64,000 nt of DNA, taken from positions 1,480,916 through 1,544,915 of the forward strand of contig CAJFCJ010000020.1 of the NCBI GenBank assembly GCA_904063045.1, in the 5' to 3' direction. Under the pieces are notes generated by a model. The model was not told the DNA's origin, searched no databases, and worked only from the letters and a program-made list of their open reading frames with translations. This document shows, in pieces, positions 1-11,700 of the stretch (its first letter is position 1; each line of letters starts with the position of its first letter). A program made the position numbers and the translations under genes. This DNA is from Dimorphilus gyrociliatus (taxonomy: Eukaryota > Animalia > Annelida).

Positions 1-1863
1 AGCTAGGCATATTTTACTATTTTACAAAGGGTAAAGAAGAGAAAAGCGCTGAGAGATGTTGCAAAATATTGGACAAACGGAGTTGTACCATACGAATTAC
101 AACCAGGAACTTTTAGTAAGTTAAAAAACATAGTTTACATAGAAATATACATTATATATTAAAATCAGTAAATGGACATACAAAATATATATTTTGACAG
201 CTTCGAGCGATGCGGCGCAAATTAGAGCAGCGATTGCCGACTACCATAGTCTAACTTGTATAAAATTTCGAAGAGCTAACGGCAACGATAGACGAAAAAT
301 AAGAATAACAAGTGGACAAGGGTAAAAAAACAACATCAACAATATTTTTGTAATATATAACAATCATCTTATTATATTTTAATAGTTGCTGGTCTAATAT
401 AGGGATGTTGAGTCGTGGTCAACAAATTTCTCTAGCGCGAGGATGTAGAAGGGTATTATTCAAAACTGAATCTAGCAGTTTAATATATACTATTATATTA
501 ACGCACACACATATATATATTTACAATAGAAATCTACTATTCTACACGAATTCGGTCATGCTCTTGGTATGTTTCATGAACAATCAAGACCCGATAGAGA
601 TTCATATATTACAATTAGATTTGGTGTAAGTACACCTTATAATATATTCCATATTTTACATTAAAACAATTACAATTCTATACAATATGCGTATTTAATA
701 ACAATATCTCCTGTTGTTCTTTTGAGCAGAATGTTCTCAAATCAATGGCGTACAACTTTAACAAGCACGGTAACGATAGAATCAACACCTACAACGTTCC
801 TTACGATTATCACTCTGTCATGCATTACGGCCAAACCGTAAGTATGAATTGGCAGTAGTATTTTAACATTAGTTGGTCAATAATACGAACTAAATTTTGG
901 ATATTTATAGATACAACATATCAAAATAATTGAATACTTATGAATAGTTATATAGTTATACCTCTAATTTATCATTTTATATCATAAATATAAATTAAAT
1001 TATAATAATTATCCTTTTTTCGCCTCAGGCCTTTTCTATGAATGGAAAGCCTACTATCATAACTAAAGATAAATCCAAACAATATCTGATTGGAACTGCA
1101 AAGGGTCTAAGTTTTAGAGACATTAAAGTTTTAAATCTTATGTATAAATGTGGAGCTAAATGTAACTTGAAAGCAAAAGATTGTCCAGGTGAAGGCTTTG
1201 TTGGTAAAAACTGCAAATGCCTTTGTCCAGGTTCTCCAATAAAAATTTGTGGTGACACGTCCGTAAAGCCTGATAAAAAATGTAATGACATGCACGGAAG
1301 TTGTTCTTATTGGGCAGCCAAAGGACAATGTAATAAATATCCCGGTTTTATGCTTAAAAATTGTAGGAGATCATGTAAAGCGTGCGATTCAGATGGTACA
1401 GGAACAAAACGTAATGTCACAATTTGTTTTTTCTGTTTATATTAGTTAACTATTCACTTTTCCCAAACTTTTTTGTGTATACAGCAAGCCCTATTCCAAT
1501 TCCAAAATGTGTCGATATGAATAAGTATTGTCCTCATTGGGCTAGAAAAAAATATTGTTTTCATTATCGTTACAAGAAATACATGAAGGCAAACTGCAAA
1601 AAATCCTGTAGAATGTGCGTAAGAGGTAAGTTTGATAAATAGAACAATCAAATATATATATATAAAGTCTTTCGGAATAATTGACATGAAATTAATGTAA
1701 TACAGCAAATGTGAACAGTTCCGGAAAGAAACCACAAAAAAAGATTTGCACAGATTTGTCAACCTATTGTTCTAATTGGGCCAGAAGCAACTATTGTCAT
1801 GCAGCTGCCTATGTTTTATATATGAAGAAAAATTGCCAAAGATCATGTGGATTTTGCTCTTAA
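1..1863 (+). CDS. Astacin (M12A) metalloprotease with Cys-rich linker and three C-terminal ShK domains; 5' end outside window
   Basis: Spliced exons give [19 protein letters not shown] / CWSNIG / [21 protein letters not shown] (HExxHxxGxxHE zinc motif, about 545-580) / SVMHY Met-turn (about 808-828). Three ShK units follow ([17 protein letters not shown]..., [17 protein letters not shown]..., [17 protein letters not shown]...CQRSCGFCS). Stop TAA at 1861-1863. All introns GT-AG. Confidence 0.95.
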
Positions 1864-2706
1864 GAAGAGAAAGAGTGAGAGTAGTGCGAGTAAGAAAGAA
1901 AGAAAGAGAGAGATAAAAACTAGTATAAATGAGTAATTCTTTGCTTAAAATCAATTTCGTCTTATATTTGTTTACTATGCTTGAAAATACATAGATTTTG
2001 TTTTATGAAGTACTTAATCAACTAAAACAGATTGAAATTCTCTTGCAATTTTGATTGTAGCTGAAATATAAAATATTCTAATTTGACCAGAATCAAAAAT
2101 ACAGTCTAATTATAATATAAATACGTATTGTTATTGTAATATTATATAATAATTTTAAATTGTTTATAACTTTAAATAGTTGAATGAAGTTGAGAGAATT
2201 TTTTTTTGTAGTTTTCCTCTCAAATCATACTTTCCTCCCCTTCACCTCGTACAGAATAATATTAATATTATCTAATATTGAGAAGGAGATATAAATCCTT
2301 GAAAAAGCGTTACCTAGAAGATGGTACATAAGTGAAATATAATTCTTAATGAAAAAAATGAAAAGCATAATGGGAAAGGAGGAAAACAACTGGAGACAGA
2401 ACATGAAAGATAGTGAAATTTCTTATCAGTAAAGTAATATTTAACTCCACTTATTCATTATGGATGTGCACTTTTCAGTACAAGCCTAGAGCAACCTTCA
2501 CAGGTTGGTCATTAGAAGGCTTTCTAGTCAAATCATTAACGGACGAAATAATCCTCCACTAATCTTCCGTTATGAATGAAGTTTTGACTTGGTTTACCAA
2601 TTTACTGCATCCGAAAAATGGTTATTACTCTTTTTTTTACCTTGTTTATCACTTCTGATTTTTATATAAGCCTATAAAATAGTTGCTTGTTTTAACATTA
2701 ATTGAC

Positions 2707-2720
2707 TTACAGGTGGCGCC
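2707..2720 (+). promoter_or_regulatory. CTCF-like motif upstream of the Ly6 gene
   Basis: TTACAGGTGGCGCC matches the AGRKGGCRS half of the CTCF consensus and lies about 90 nt before the ATG at 2807. Motif match only. Confidence 0.35.
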
Positions 2721-2806
2721 GAGACCGCATATCATTTTTTTGCTGTTGCACATGAAATTTCTTTCGTTGATATCTAACGAAACAGGTTTTTTTCTAAAAT
2801 AAGAAT

Positions 2807-4443
2807 ATGTTTTCGATTGTTAGAATCAATTTCTGCTTCTTCTCTGCAACCTGCTTTTGGCTAGTTGTATTGGCCTTGTTTATCCCTAAATCTGGTAAGT
2901 AACAATGACAAACGAAATCTCTATATAAAAAAATATGTAGTAGATTAAAGCGGAGACGGTTAACGGTCCTAACGCCTTTTTATAGTATGAATGAAAAAGT
3001 AAGAGCTTATTTATTGCGTAAATATACACCATATAGAGTACACTACATGTTTAAGTATATAAAAGGGTAACGCAATATAATGAAAATGAAATACATAGAT
3101 TATATGCGGTATTAAAGATTATTATAGTACGTTAACATTGAAATAATTAATAACTTTTGTAAAACAAAGCATAAATGTTGTTTTTTGTTTTTTTTTTAAT
3201 TTGATAATATTTCATGGAATATTTCATAATACGGTTAGATAGGTTGCATTCTTTTCTCTATAGATTGAAAGGTACATCTGTTCAGACAATTACCTTCATT
3301 TAAGTATAGCTATTTTATGGTAATTAAAAAAATAATCAATTGTAACACAACTAAAGTCAAGTAAGATAATAAAAGCATTAATATTGAAAATAACTGTATT
3401 TTTAAAACTGATTATTAATTTGTTATATTCATTCTTTTAATTAGTAATAGAGAGAATGTGTACAAATATATACTGTATAAATTTATATACATATATATAT
3501 ATATATATGAATGTGTGTGTGTGTGTGTGTGTATGTGCAGAATATCTTTTCTAAAATAGAACAAAATAAATTGAATTATTTAAATAATAAATGAATTAAT
3601 TAATTAGTGATTAGCGGTTTACACAAATACTGACAACAAATTTAACATCAATCTGTTTGCCATATAAGAATAAAATAACAGATGTTTATATATACTATAT
3701 ATTATATATTTCAATACATATACCAATTTATACCGTGTATACTTTATATATTTTAATTTTAAGTTTAGAAAACCTAATTTGCTAATTATTCTGTTGTGCT
3801 ATGCTCTTTTGTGTTTTTTTTTCAAGATTGTACGATAAGACTGTTTTATTGTTATAAATAGAATTTATTATCATAACTATAAGCCATAGTTACTTCTAAA
3901 ACAACTATTGAATTAATTAATTAATTAATTATCAGTTAATTCCACCTTTTTGTTCTGTTTTCATTTTAATTATTTTCAGATGGCTTGAAATGCTACGATT
4001 GCATATCGTCTAACTCTACGAATAGTAGAAATTGCCATTATAGACACAGTTTACCTGAGCCTATAACTTGCAATAGAGAAACATTATGCAATCGTACTAG
4101 CAAATCGAATTGTGAAATCAGGTGCCTTGTCATTAGAAAACTGGGCGAAAATGGTATTTATTTTCACAACTCTTTTGCAAACTTACGTCAACTGATTATT
4201 GAATTTGTTACAGATACACTTCTAGAAACTAGTCGGTCGTGCTCAGTGAGTCTACCTCATAAAGAGGATTGCCGACAATTACATACCGCCAATGTACAGA
4301 TCAAAATGTTGTGTATTTACACTTGTAATACTGATAAATGTAACAGCGCTAATATTTTGACATCACACAACGTCTATAGCACCTTATTCATATTGATATT
4401 CACACTTGTGTTTCTTATTTCTCCCTTTTCCATAATGATGTAA
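2807..4443 (+). CDS. Ly6/uPAR three-finger protein, secreted and probably GPI-anchored (quiver/sleepless-like)
   Basis: Exon 2807-2894 encodes a signal peptide (MFSIVRINFCFFSATCFWLVVLALFIPKS, donor GTAAGT) and joins in phase 1 to exon 3980-4153 (D-GLKCYDC...). After a 60-nt intron (4154-4213) come ...CIYTCNTDKCN (family CxxxxCN end) and a hydrophobic C-terminal tail (STLFILIFTLVFLISPFSIMM*). Confidence 0.85.
3491..3537. repeat. Compound (TA)n(TG)n microsatellite in Ly6 intron 1
   Basis: Directly visible dinucleotide runs. Confidence 0.95.
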
Positions 4444-4876
4444 ATACAACCAACCCTGTACGTTCAGTATTTATCTGTTACTGTCAAGTTGATACCTTAT
4501 AACTTATTGTTTTGTCATATCAGTACGTCTATAAGTTCAAAATAAATTCTTTTCTTTTTTGAATTTACCGCCAGATTAAATGTTTCCGGAAGTTCACAAC
4601 CAGACGCCATTTCACTGTAGAGGATCGAAGTTTGCCCAGTGCACTAGCACGTGTGCTTTCATTTTAACAATCCAAATAGAATTTTTGCTCGTTTAACTGT
4701 TGAACAAATAAATAAATCAAGCTAATCAAGTAAGGGATATATTTCAAAGAGATTTGAACCTTCATCTCCATGTTTATATATATATATATATATATATGTT
4801 GATGTATATGTATACTGTATATAAAAAAGCTATCTTTCTTTTGATTTAAACCATAGATGTTTTTTATCTCTAAGAT

Positions 4877-5182
4877 ATGGGACAGTCAAAAGTAAGATCT
4901 GTTGGCATCTCTATGTTCGCTATGACTTTATTGGTAGCTGTTCCAGCAATTGCCTTGTTTATTTGGTTAAGTACCACAGGTTTTAAAGACATGACAGGAA
5001 TCAGTTTGTCAATTTTGTTGACTATTTTTGCTGTTTTACAGGTGAGATATATTATAGAAATCTAAAACTTTAATATGATTATTATCTTTCATTTAAAGGG
5101 TTTAGCTGGTTTTATATTGTGGAAAAAAACTGGATCGTTTGAAAAACTTCATAACCAACTTTCAAATCCAATTTATAGTTAA
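4877..5182 (+). CDS. Orphan 82-aa membrane microprotein (2-3 hydrophobic segments, C-terminal NPIY)
   Basis: Exon 4877-5041, a 57-nt GT-AG intron, and exon 5099-5182 join in frame: MGQSKVRSVGISMFAMTLLVAVPAIALFIWLSTTGFKDMTGISLSILLTIFAVLQ/GLAGFILWKKTGSFEKLHNQLSNPIYS*. A probable 5'UTR intron lies at 4730-4856. Confidence 0.7.
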
Positions 5183-5547
5183 AAACAAAAGTGACTAACA
5201 AAACCTACTTGTTTATTCTGCCATATTCTAGTTTGTTCCACATTTATAGTAGTTTCAATAAAACAGAGCTGTCTTATCAAACTCTCCAGAAACAATAAAC
5301 AGATATGTAACTAAATCCATGATAAAAGACTATTACGTTAATTAGTGAGTTGATTAGAAGTAAATATACACTGTTATCATTTTCACTTTCGCTTACTCTC
5401 CCTTTATCCTGAATCAGTACGTGTCATCCAATATTCTTTATGTGCTAAACAAACTTAACCCACTTGAGAAACAATAAAATAAATATGCCCAACCAACATC
5501 CCTCTCTTCCTTAGTATTTTAAACTCTTCCAGAATTTTAGTGCGTTT

Positions 5548-5560
5548 CCGATAGGTGGCG
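5548..5560 (+). promoter_or_regulatory. CTCF-like motif upstream of ankyrin
   Basis: CCGATAGGTGGCG is close to CCASYAGRKGGCRS and lies about 160 nt before the candidate first ATG (5722). Motif match only. Confidence 0.4.
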
Positions 5561-5721
5561 TTGTTTTGAGATTACAACGCCAATTCTCTGCATCATCGCT
5601 CATATCCGATTCTTAGATATATTCGAACAAAAATTGGTCGGTAATCTTCGCCTTTGGTAGCTATAATATTTAAGAAATTCAAGGAATATTTGGATGTAGT
5701 ACCTTTTCACAACTTTCAATT

Positions 5722-8700
5722 ATGGAAGCTATAAATGATCATAAACATTTGGTAAATGGCGAATCTGATTCAGGTTCGAGAATGCAGTCGCCTACGGTCA
5801 GGCATTTTATTACAACTATGTTATCTATTTGTGCAAATCGAGAGTGTTTGTTGAATATTAAGGCTTGTTTTCCCTTAAAAGTGTACTTTGATTCAAGTAA
5901 ATTTTGTATGTAGACGATTAGCCGGTTGTTCATATACTCTGTCCATATTCTTTTTATTACCTTAACACATATGTGGTATATTCTTCTATAGCACGTACAT
6001 TTTTCAATCGAACTTTATAATAAATAATTCACGATAGAGCCTACCGTCTAAGGCATTTTTCACGAAGGTCACATGATCAAAGGACCGTTGTTAAACTACT
6101 AAGATAATAATATGTTGTGTAACACACTGTTGAGACAGGATACGCATGAGAGACCTTCGTGTACTTTTTAGGTATTTCCTCATTTAAAAACAGGAAGGTC
6201 TATTGAGAAATTTTGCAGTTTGTGTGTTAAGTCGACATATGTTTACTAATGCGGAATTCAATAAACTATGCAGGGTAAAAAAAGCATCTGCATCTGCTCA
6301 ATGAAATTATATATATACCAAAGCGTATTATATAATTCACCTTTAAAATGATAATTTCATGGCTAACTGCAAAATCGCAAATAATTTGTTCATTTTTTTT
6401 ATAAATGATCGCTATTTGAGTGAATACTTTAAGTGATCAATTAGTGTTAGATGAAACTTACAATTGTGTATTGTTGTCGCATAGTAATTTGGTAAGAAGG
6501 AGACCGCGTATACATTTTCCTTATTTCTCATTTTGATTGTTTGGCTTGGCCGAGATATTTGTTAGTAATTTCAGGATCCTCTGAAAGAATGTGTGGGCGT
6601 GGTGCATGCATTCAAGCACCTACTTAATTTTTTTATCTTTAGCAGGCTGATAGAGTCAGTAGTTTTTTAAAAGCTGCTCGTAACGGTAATTTGGAGAAAG
6701 TAATTGTCTATTTAGACAGTGGAATAGATGTCGACATAAGTAATAACGTTAGTATACATGTCGTATTTCAGGCAAATCATATTCAAGTGATTAAACATTT
6801 AAACAGACCGGATTAAACGCACTTCACCTTGCTTCAAAGGAAGGTTACTCTGCCGTTGTTGAAGAGCTTTTAAACCGCAAGGCTAATCTAGATGCCCCTA
6901 CGAGAGTGAGTAAAAATTGCACAACGCGCCTCACGCATCGATTCACAATGTTCTAATTTGCATTTTGTTTTTTTCCTTGGTCTAAAAAAAGAAAGGAAAT
7001 ACGCCCCTGCATATTGCTTCCCTCGCCGGTAAACATAATATTGTGGAGACACTCCTGCGAAATGGAGCCAAAGTGAATGTTCAATCTCAAAATGGATTTA
7101 CTCCTCTATATATGGCAGCCCAAGAAAATCATGCGGCTGTCGTTGCCCTACTTCTTCAAAATGGGGCCAGTCCTACTCTCACAACAGACGTTTGTAGTTT
7201 TATCCTAAAGTACCGATGTTATCTTATTTCTGTTTTTCTGTATCCAGAATGGCTTTACGCCCCTATCTATTGCTTTGCAACAAGGACATAAAAAAGTGGT
7301 CGAAGAACTCATTCAAACCGACAGATCACGTAAAGTGAAATTGCCATCTTTACACTTGGCGGCAAAGAATAACAACACTAGCGCTGTCCAATTATTCTTG
7401 AATTCTCCAGATGCTGATCCAAACCTAGCGTCAAAGGTAAAATCTCTTTCTGCATGTTAGAATTCCTTTGCATATAAAAACAAACATAGCTGAGTAATCA
7501 TGATAACATGATTAACGACGTTAATGCACATAAAAGAGCAGGTGTTAAAAACTAAATTTGACACATGTGTAGGGTGGATTCACTGCTTTGCATATAGCCT
7601 CCCATTATGGTAGCGAAGATGTCGGACGCATGCTTATTGAGCGAGGAGCTAACCTCGATTACAGAGCAAAGGTAATAAAATATTGCACCAGATGAGTACA
7701 TTGACGATAACCTTTTTAACTTTGCCGTAGAACAATATTTGTCCACTACATGTCGCATCAAAGTGGAACAGAGCAGGCATGGTTAAACTTTTACTTGATA
7801 ATGGAGCGGATATTTCCAGCAGTACTAAGGTTATAAAATCATGATAAACAAGAAGTTCAATTAATTGTAAATATAATTTTAAGATTATCGTTTTTTTATA
7901 GGACCTATTAACCGCTCTGCATTGCTCATCCCGATCCGGCCATTCGTCCGTAGTAGAGCTCTTATTAGAGTTTAATGCACCTGTCGATGCTAGAACTAGG
8001 AATAAATTAACACCCTTACACATGGCTGCCCAAGGAAATCATTATGATACAGGTCGCTTGCTAATTTTTAAAGGGGCACCCATAGAGGAAGTTACTATAG
8101 ACTACTTAACTCCATTGCATGTGGCTTCTCATTGTGGCAGTTATGAGATGGCAAAGCTACTATTAGATAGTAGATGCGTTGTTGATGCTCGAGCCAGGGT
8201 AGGGATGACTTTTTAGTTATCAATCATTTTTTGTATATAAATTGGGATTTTTTTAGAATGGTTTCACACCTCTTCATATCGCTTGTAAAAAGAATAAACC
8301 AAGGATTATAGAACTTTTATTAAAATATGGTTCGATGATTGATAGCACCACTGAGGTACCACGATGAATATTGTTCTCTTAGCTGATATTTCATGTTGTC
8401 AAACTATTTCCCATTAGACCGGATTGACACCTTTGCACGTTGCCTCTTGGTCCGGACATAACCAAATTGTGTCATACCTAATTGAACAGAGAGCCAACCC
8501 GAATCAGAAAACTAACCGGGGAGAAACCTGCTTGCACATGGCCGTTAGAGGAAAACAATTAGAAACGACTAAGCTGCTAATTAAGAGTGGCGCTCAAGTG
8601 AACGCCACAGCTAATGAAAACGAGACAGCCCTTCATATTGCCGCTAAGTTAGGCGATCCAGAGATGACAGAATGTTTACTTTATCATGGAGCTGACGGTA

Positions 8701-11700
8701 TCTATTAATAAATACTAGTCCAATATATTTTTCGTATGGGGATTTAATCTTTAAATACTTAATTTTACTTTTCAGTAAACGCTGTTACAAATGGTAACTA
8801 CACTGCTCTACATATCGCTTCAAGAGAAGGAAACGATCGCGTAGTTGAAGTTTTATTGAATAACAAGGCTGCTATTAATAGTTTTACATCTCAAAAGTTT
8901 ACTGCCTTGCATTTGGCAGCTAAGAAAGGACATACAGATGTAGCAAAAATACTCCTTAAAAAAGGAGCAAAGGTAGACGCCGTTGGAAAAAATAACTTGA
9001 CGCCACTCCATGTAGCCGCCCATTATAATAAAATTGATGTTGCTGTAAGTTAATTCTAGCCATTAGTTGGACTATAGATTGTTTTAGCAAGCCACACAAG
9101 ATCTCTATTAACCTCCTTTTTACTATGTTAGGTTTTATTACTTGAACGTGGAGCATCTCCAAATTCTCAAGCTAAGAACGGTATGACACCTCTTCATATC
9201 GCTGCTAAGAGGAATGAATTGGCGCTGGCAAATATACTTATAAATTACAAAGCAAACACCAATGCTAAAACAAAGAACGGTTTCACCCCGCTGCACGAAG
9301 CTTCCCAGCATGGACATCGAGACATGGCAGCTCTTTTATTAGAAAAAGGTGCTGACGTTAATTTCGCTAGCAACAATGGACTTCGTCCTATGCATCTATG
9401 TGCACAAGAAGATCATGTACCGGTGGCCGAAGTTCTTGTTAAATATCATGCACAGATAGATCCTCAAACCAAAGCTGGATATACTCCTTTGCACACTGCT
9501 TGCCATTTCGGACAGATTAATATGATTAAATTTCTACTTGATCAAAAAGCAAATATTCATTCGACGACGAAGATCGGTTATACTCCGTTGCATCAGGCAG
9601 CTCAACAAGGTCATGTCCTTGTTATTAACTACTTGCTTAAATATAGAGCAAACCCAGACTCAGTTTCGCAAACGGGACACACCCCACTTTCGATAGCGCA
9701 AAAGTTAGGCTATATTTCAGTTATAGAAGCTTTGAAAAGGCAGACGAGCGTTGTGGCAAATCCCGACGACCATTACTATAAACACTATCAGCCAGAGGAA
9801 ATGGCTGAAGATGGTGAAATGTCAGATTCGGACGGCGATGAAGATGGTAAATAATACATATCTAATACAGTAAAGATAATTACATTTTTATGACAATCAC
9901 TTGCAGCTTTCGACACGGGAGTTAAACCACATGAGATGAGCTATATGTATGGAACTATGTCCCCAATTCGGGTTTGTATTGCACGCTTTTACGCATATAT
10001 TATCGTAGTTTTCTATTTTGTGAGTCTGAAACCTGCACGTCTCTGTTGTTTAATCCTTTTTAGGGAGGAACACTTTCAGAGAGATCCCATCCTTCCTCCT
10101 TTTATCATGACGATTCTATTTACTCCCATACGGAGCATGACGAAGTTTTTCCACAGGTAAAGTCTGTTATTATTTTAGCGAAACACTTTATTCCCCTTGT
10201 GTGTAGTATTTTTCACGCATTATCCGTAGAAAAAACATAGCAAATTTCTAGCTGCTTTTATATTTTTTACCTATATTTATCTTCAATATTAGGAAGACCA
10301 TATGGTTTCTGATTTCCAACAAATGGACTATGCAGCAATGAGCGAATCTAGACTGATGTCTAATTCATATTCGCGAATGTCTTTCAATTCTAGTTTCGAC
10401 CCCGATAACGTTGTTACCAAACCACCAAACGTTTCTGGGTAAATGATTAATAAATACAAAAATTACAAGTAAATAGTAACCTAACCGTATTGATTACAGA
10501 TTTCTTATTTCTTTTGTTGTCGATGCTGTGGGGGGCGCAATGACTGGATGTCGTCATTCAGGAATTCGCATTATTATACCTCCCGGGAGAGCATGTTCAC
10601 CAATTAAAATTATATGCAAATTAATCAAAAAAGAAAAACTGAATTTTCCACCACCTTTGATGGAAAATGAAGGCCTGGCTAGCCGAATTTTGGAAATGAG
10701 TCCTAGTGGCTATCAATTTGCTGGGTAAAGCAAAAAACTGTTATCTCTACTACATAATTTATGCATTTCTTTTTTACTTACAGAGATGTTATTATCGAAA
10801 TTCCACACTTTGCTTCACTCAGACAAGGTGAGAGGGAAATAGTCATCTTAAGGAGTGATGATGGAGAGACCTGGAAAGAGCATGGTGTAGATACGACGGC
10901 TGAAGTAATGGAAAAGATAATAGAAGGCAGTTTCGACGGTAATACTTAAATTGCCAATAAATCGTATAATCATAAACAATTCACTTATCCTCTTTTCAAC
11001 AGAGCTTGAAGCCGCTGAAAAAATCTATCAAAAACGAATTAGCAGAATTGTAACAACAAACTTTCCCAAATATTTCGCTCTAGTTTCGCGAATTAAGCAA
11101 GACTCGAAATTAGTTGGAGCAGAAGGAGCCGTTCTAAAATCCCATAGCATACCACAAGTTCAAGTTGCTTTCCCTGCGGGTGAGGAATTAACAACAATTT
11201 TCAACAAATCATATTTTTTTATCGCAAAAAACTTCTTTGACAGGTGCTCTTAATAAACCGACCAAGCTAAAATTACAAGTATACGAGGCGCCAGATGATC
11301 TTGTTAACAAAATTTTTGGTCATGGTCAATTTGCTTCGAGTCCCATCGTTACAATAGAACCACGTAGACGAAAGTTCCATCAATATCTAACTGTAACTTT
11401 ACCACTTCCTAAAGGACAAAGAGATCCATCTCCTTCATTAAGATTGTTATGTAGTATTGCAGGTATATTTGGGTATAAATTCTTTCGATAACAAAATAGA
11501 TCATCATTTTATCTTTTACGCTTAGGAGATATCCAACCAACCCAGTGGGAAGACATAACAGACTCACAGCCCTTACAGTTTAGCCCCAACTCTGTTTCCT
11601 TTGAGTCTAAGGTTTCTGCTCGATTTTGGCTTGTAGATTGCAGAAACAGAGATGCAGTTTTGGGTAAAGCATCTGAACTATACAAGCAAACACTTTCGGT

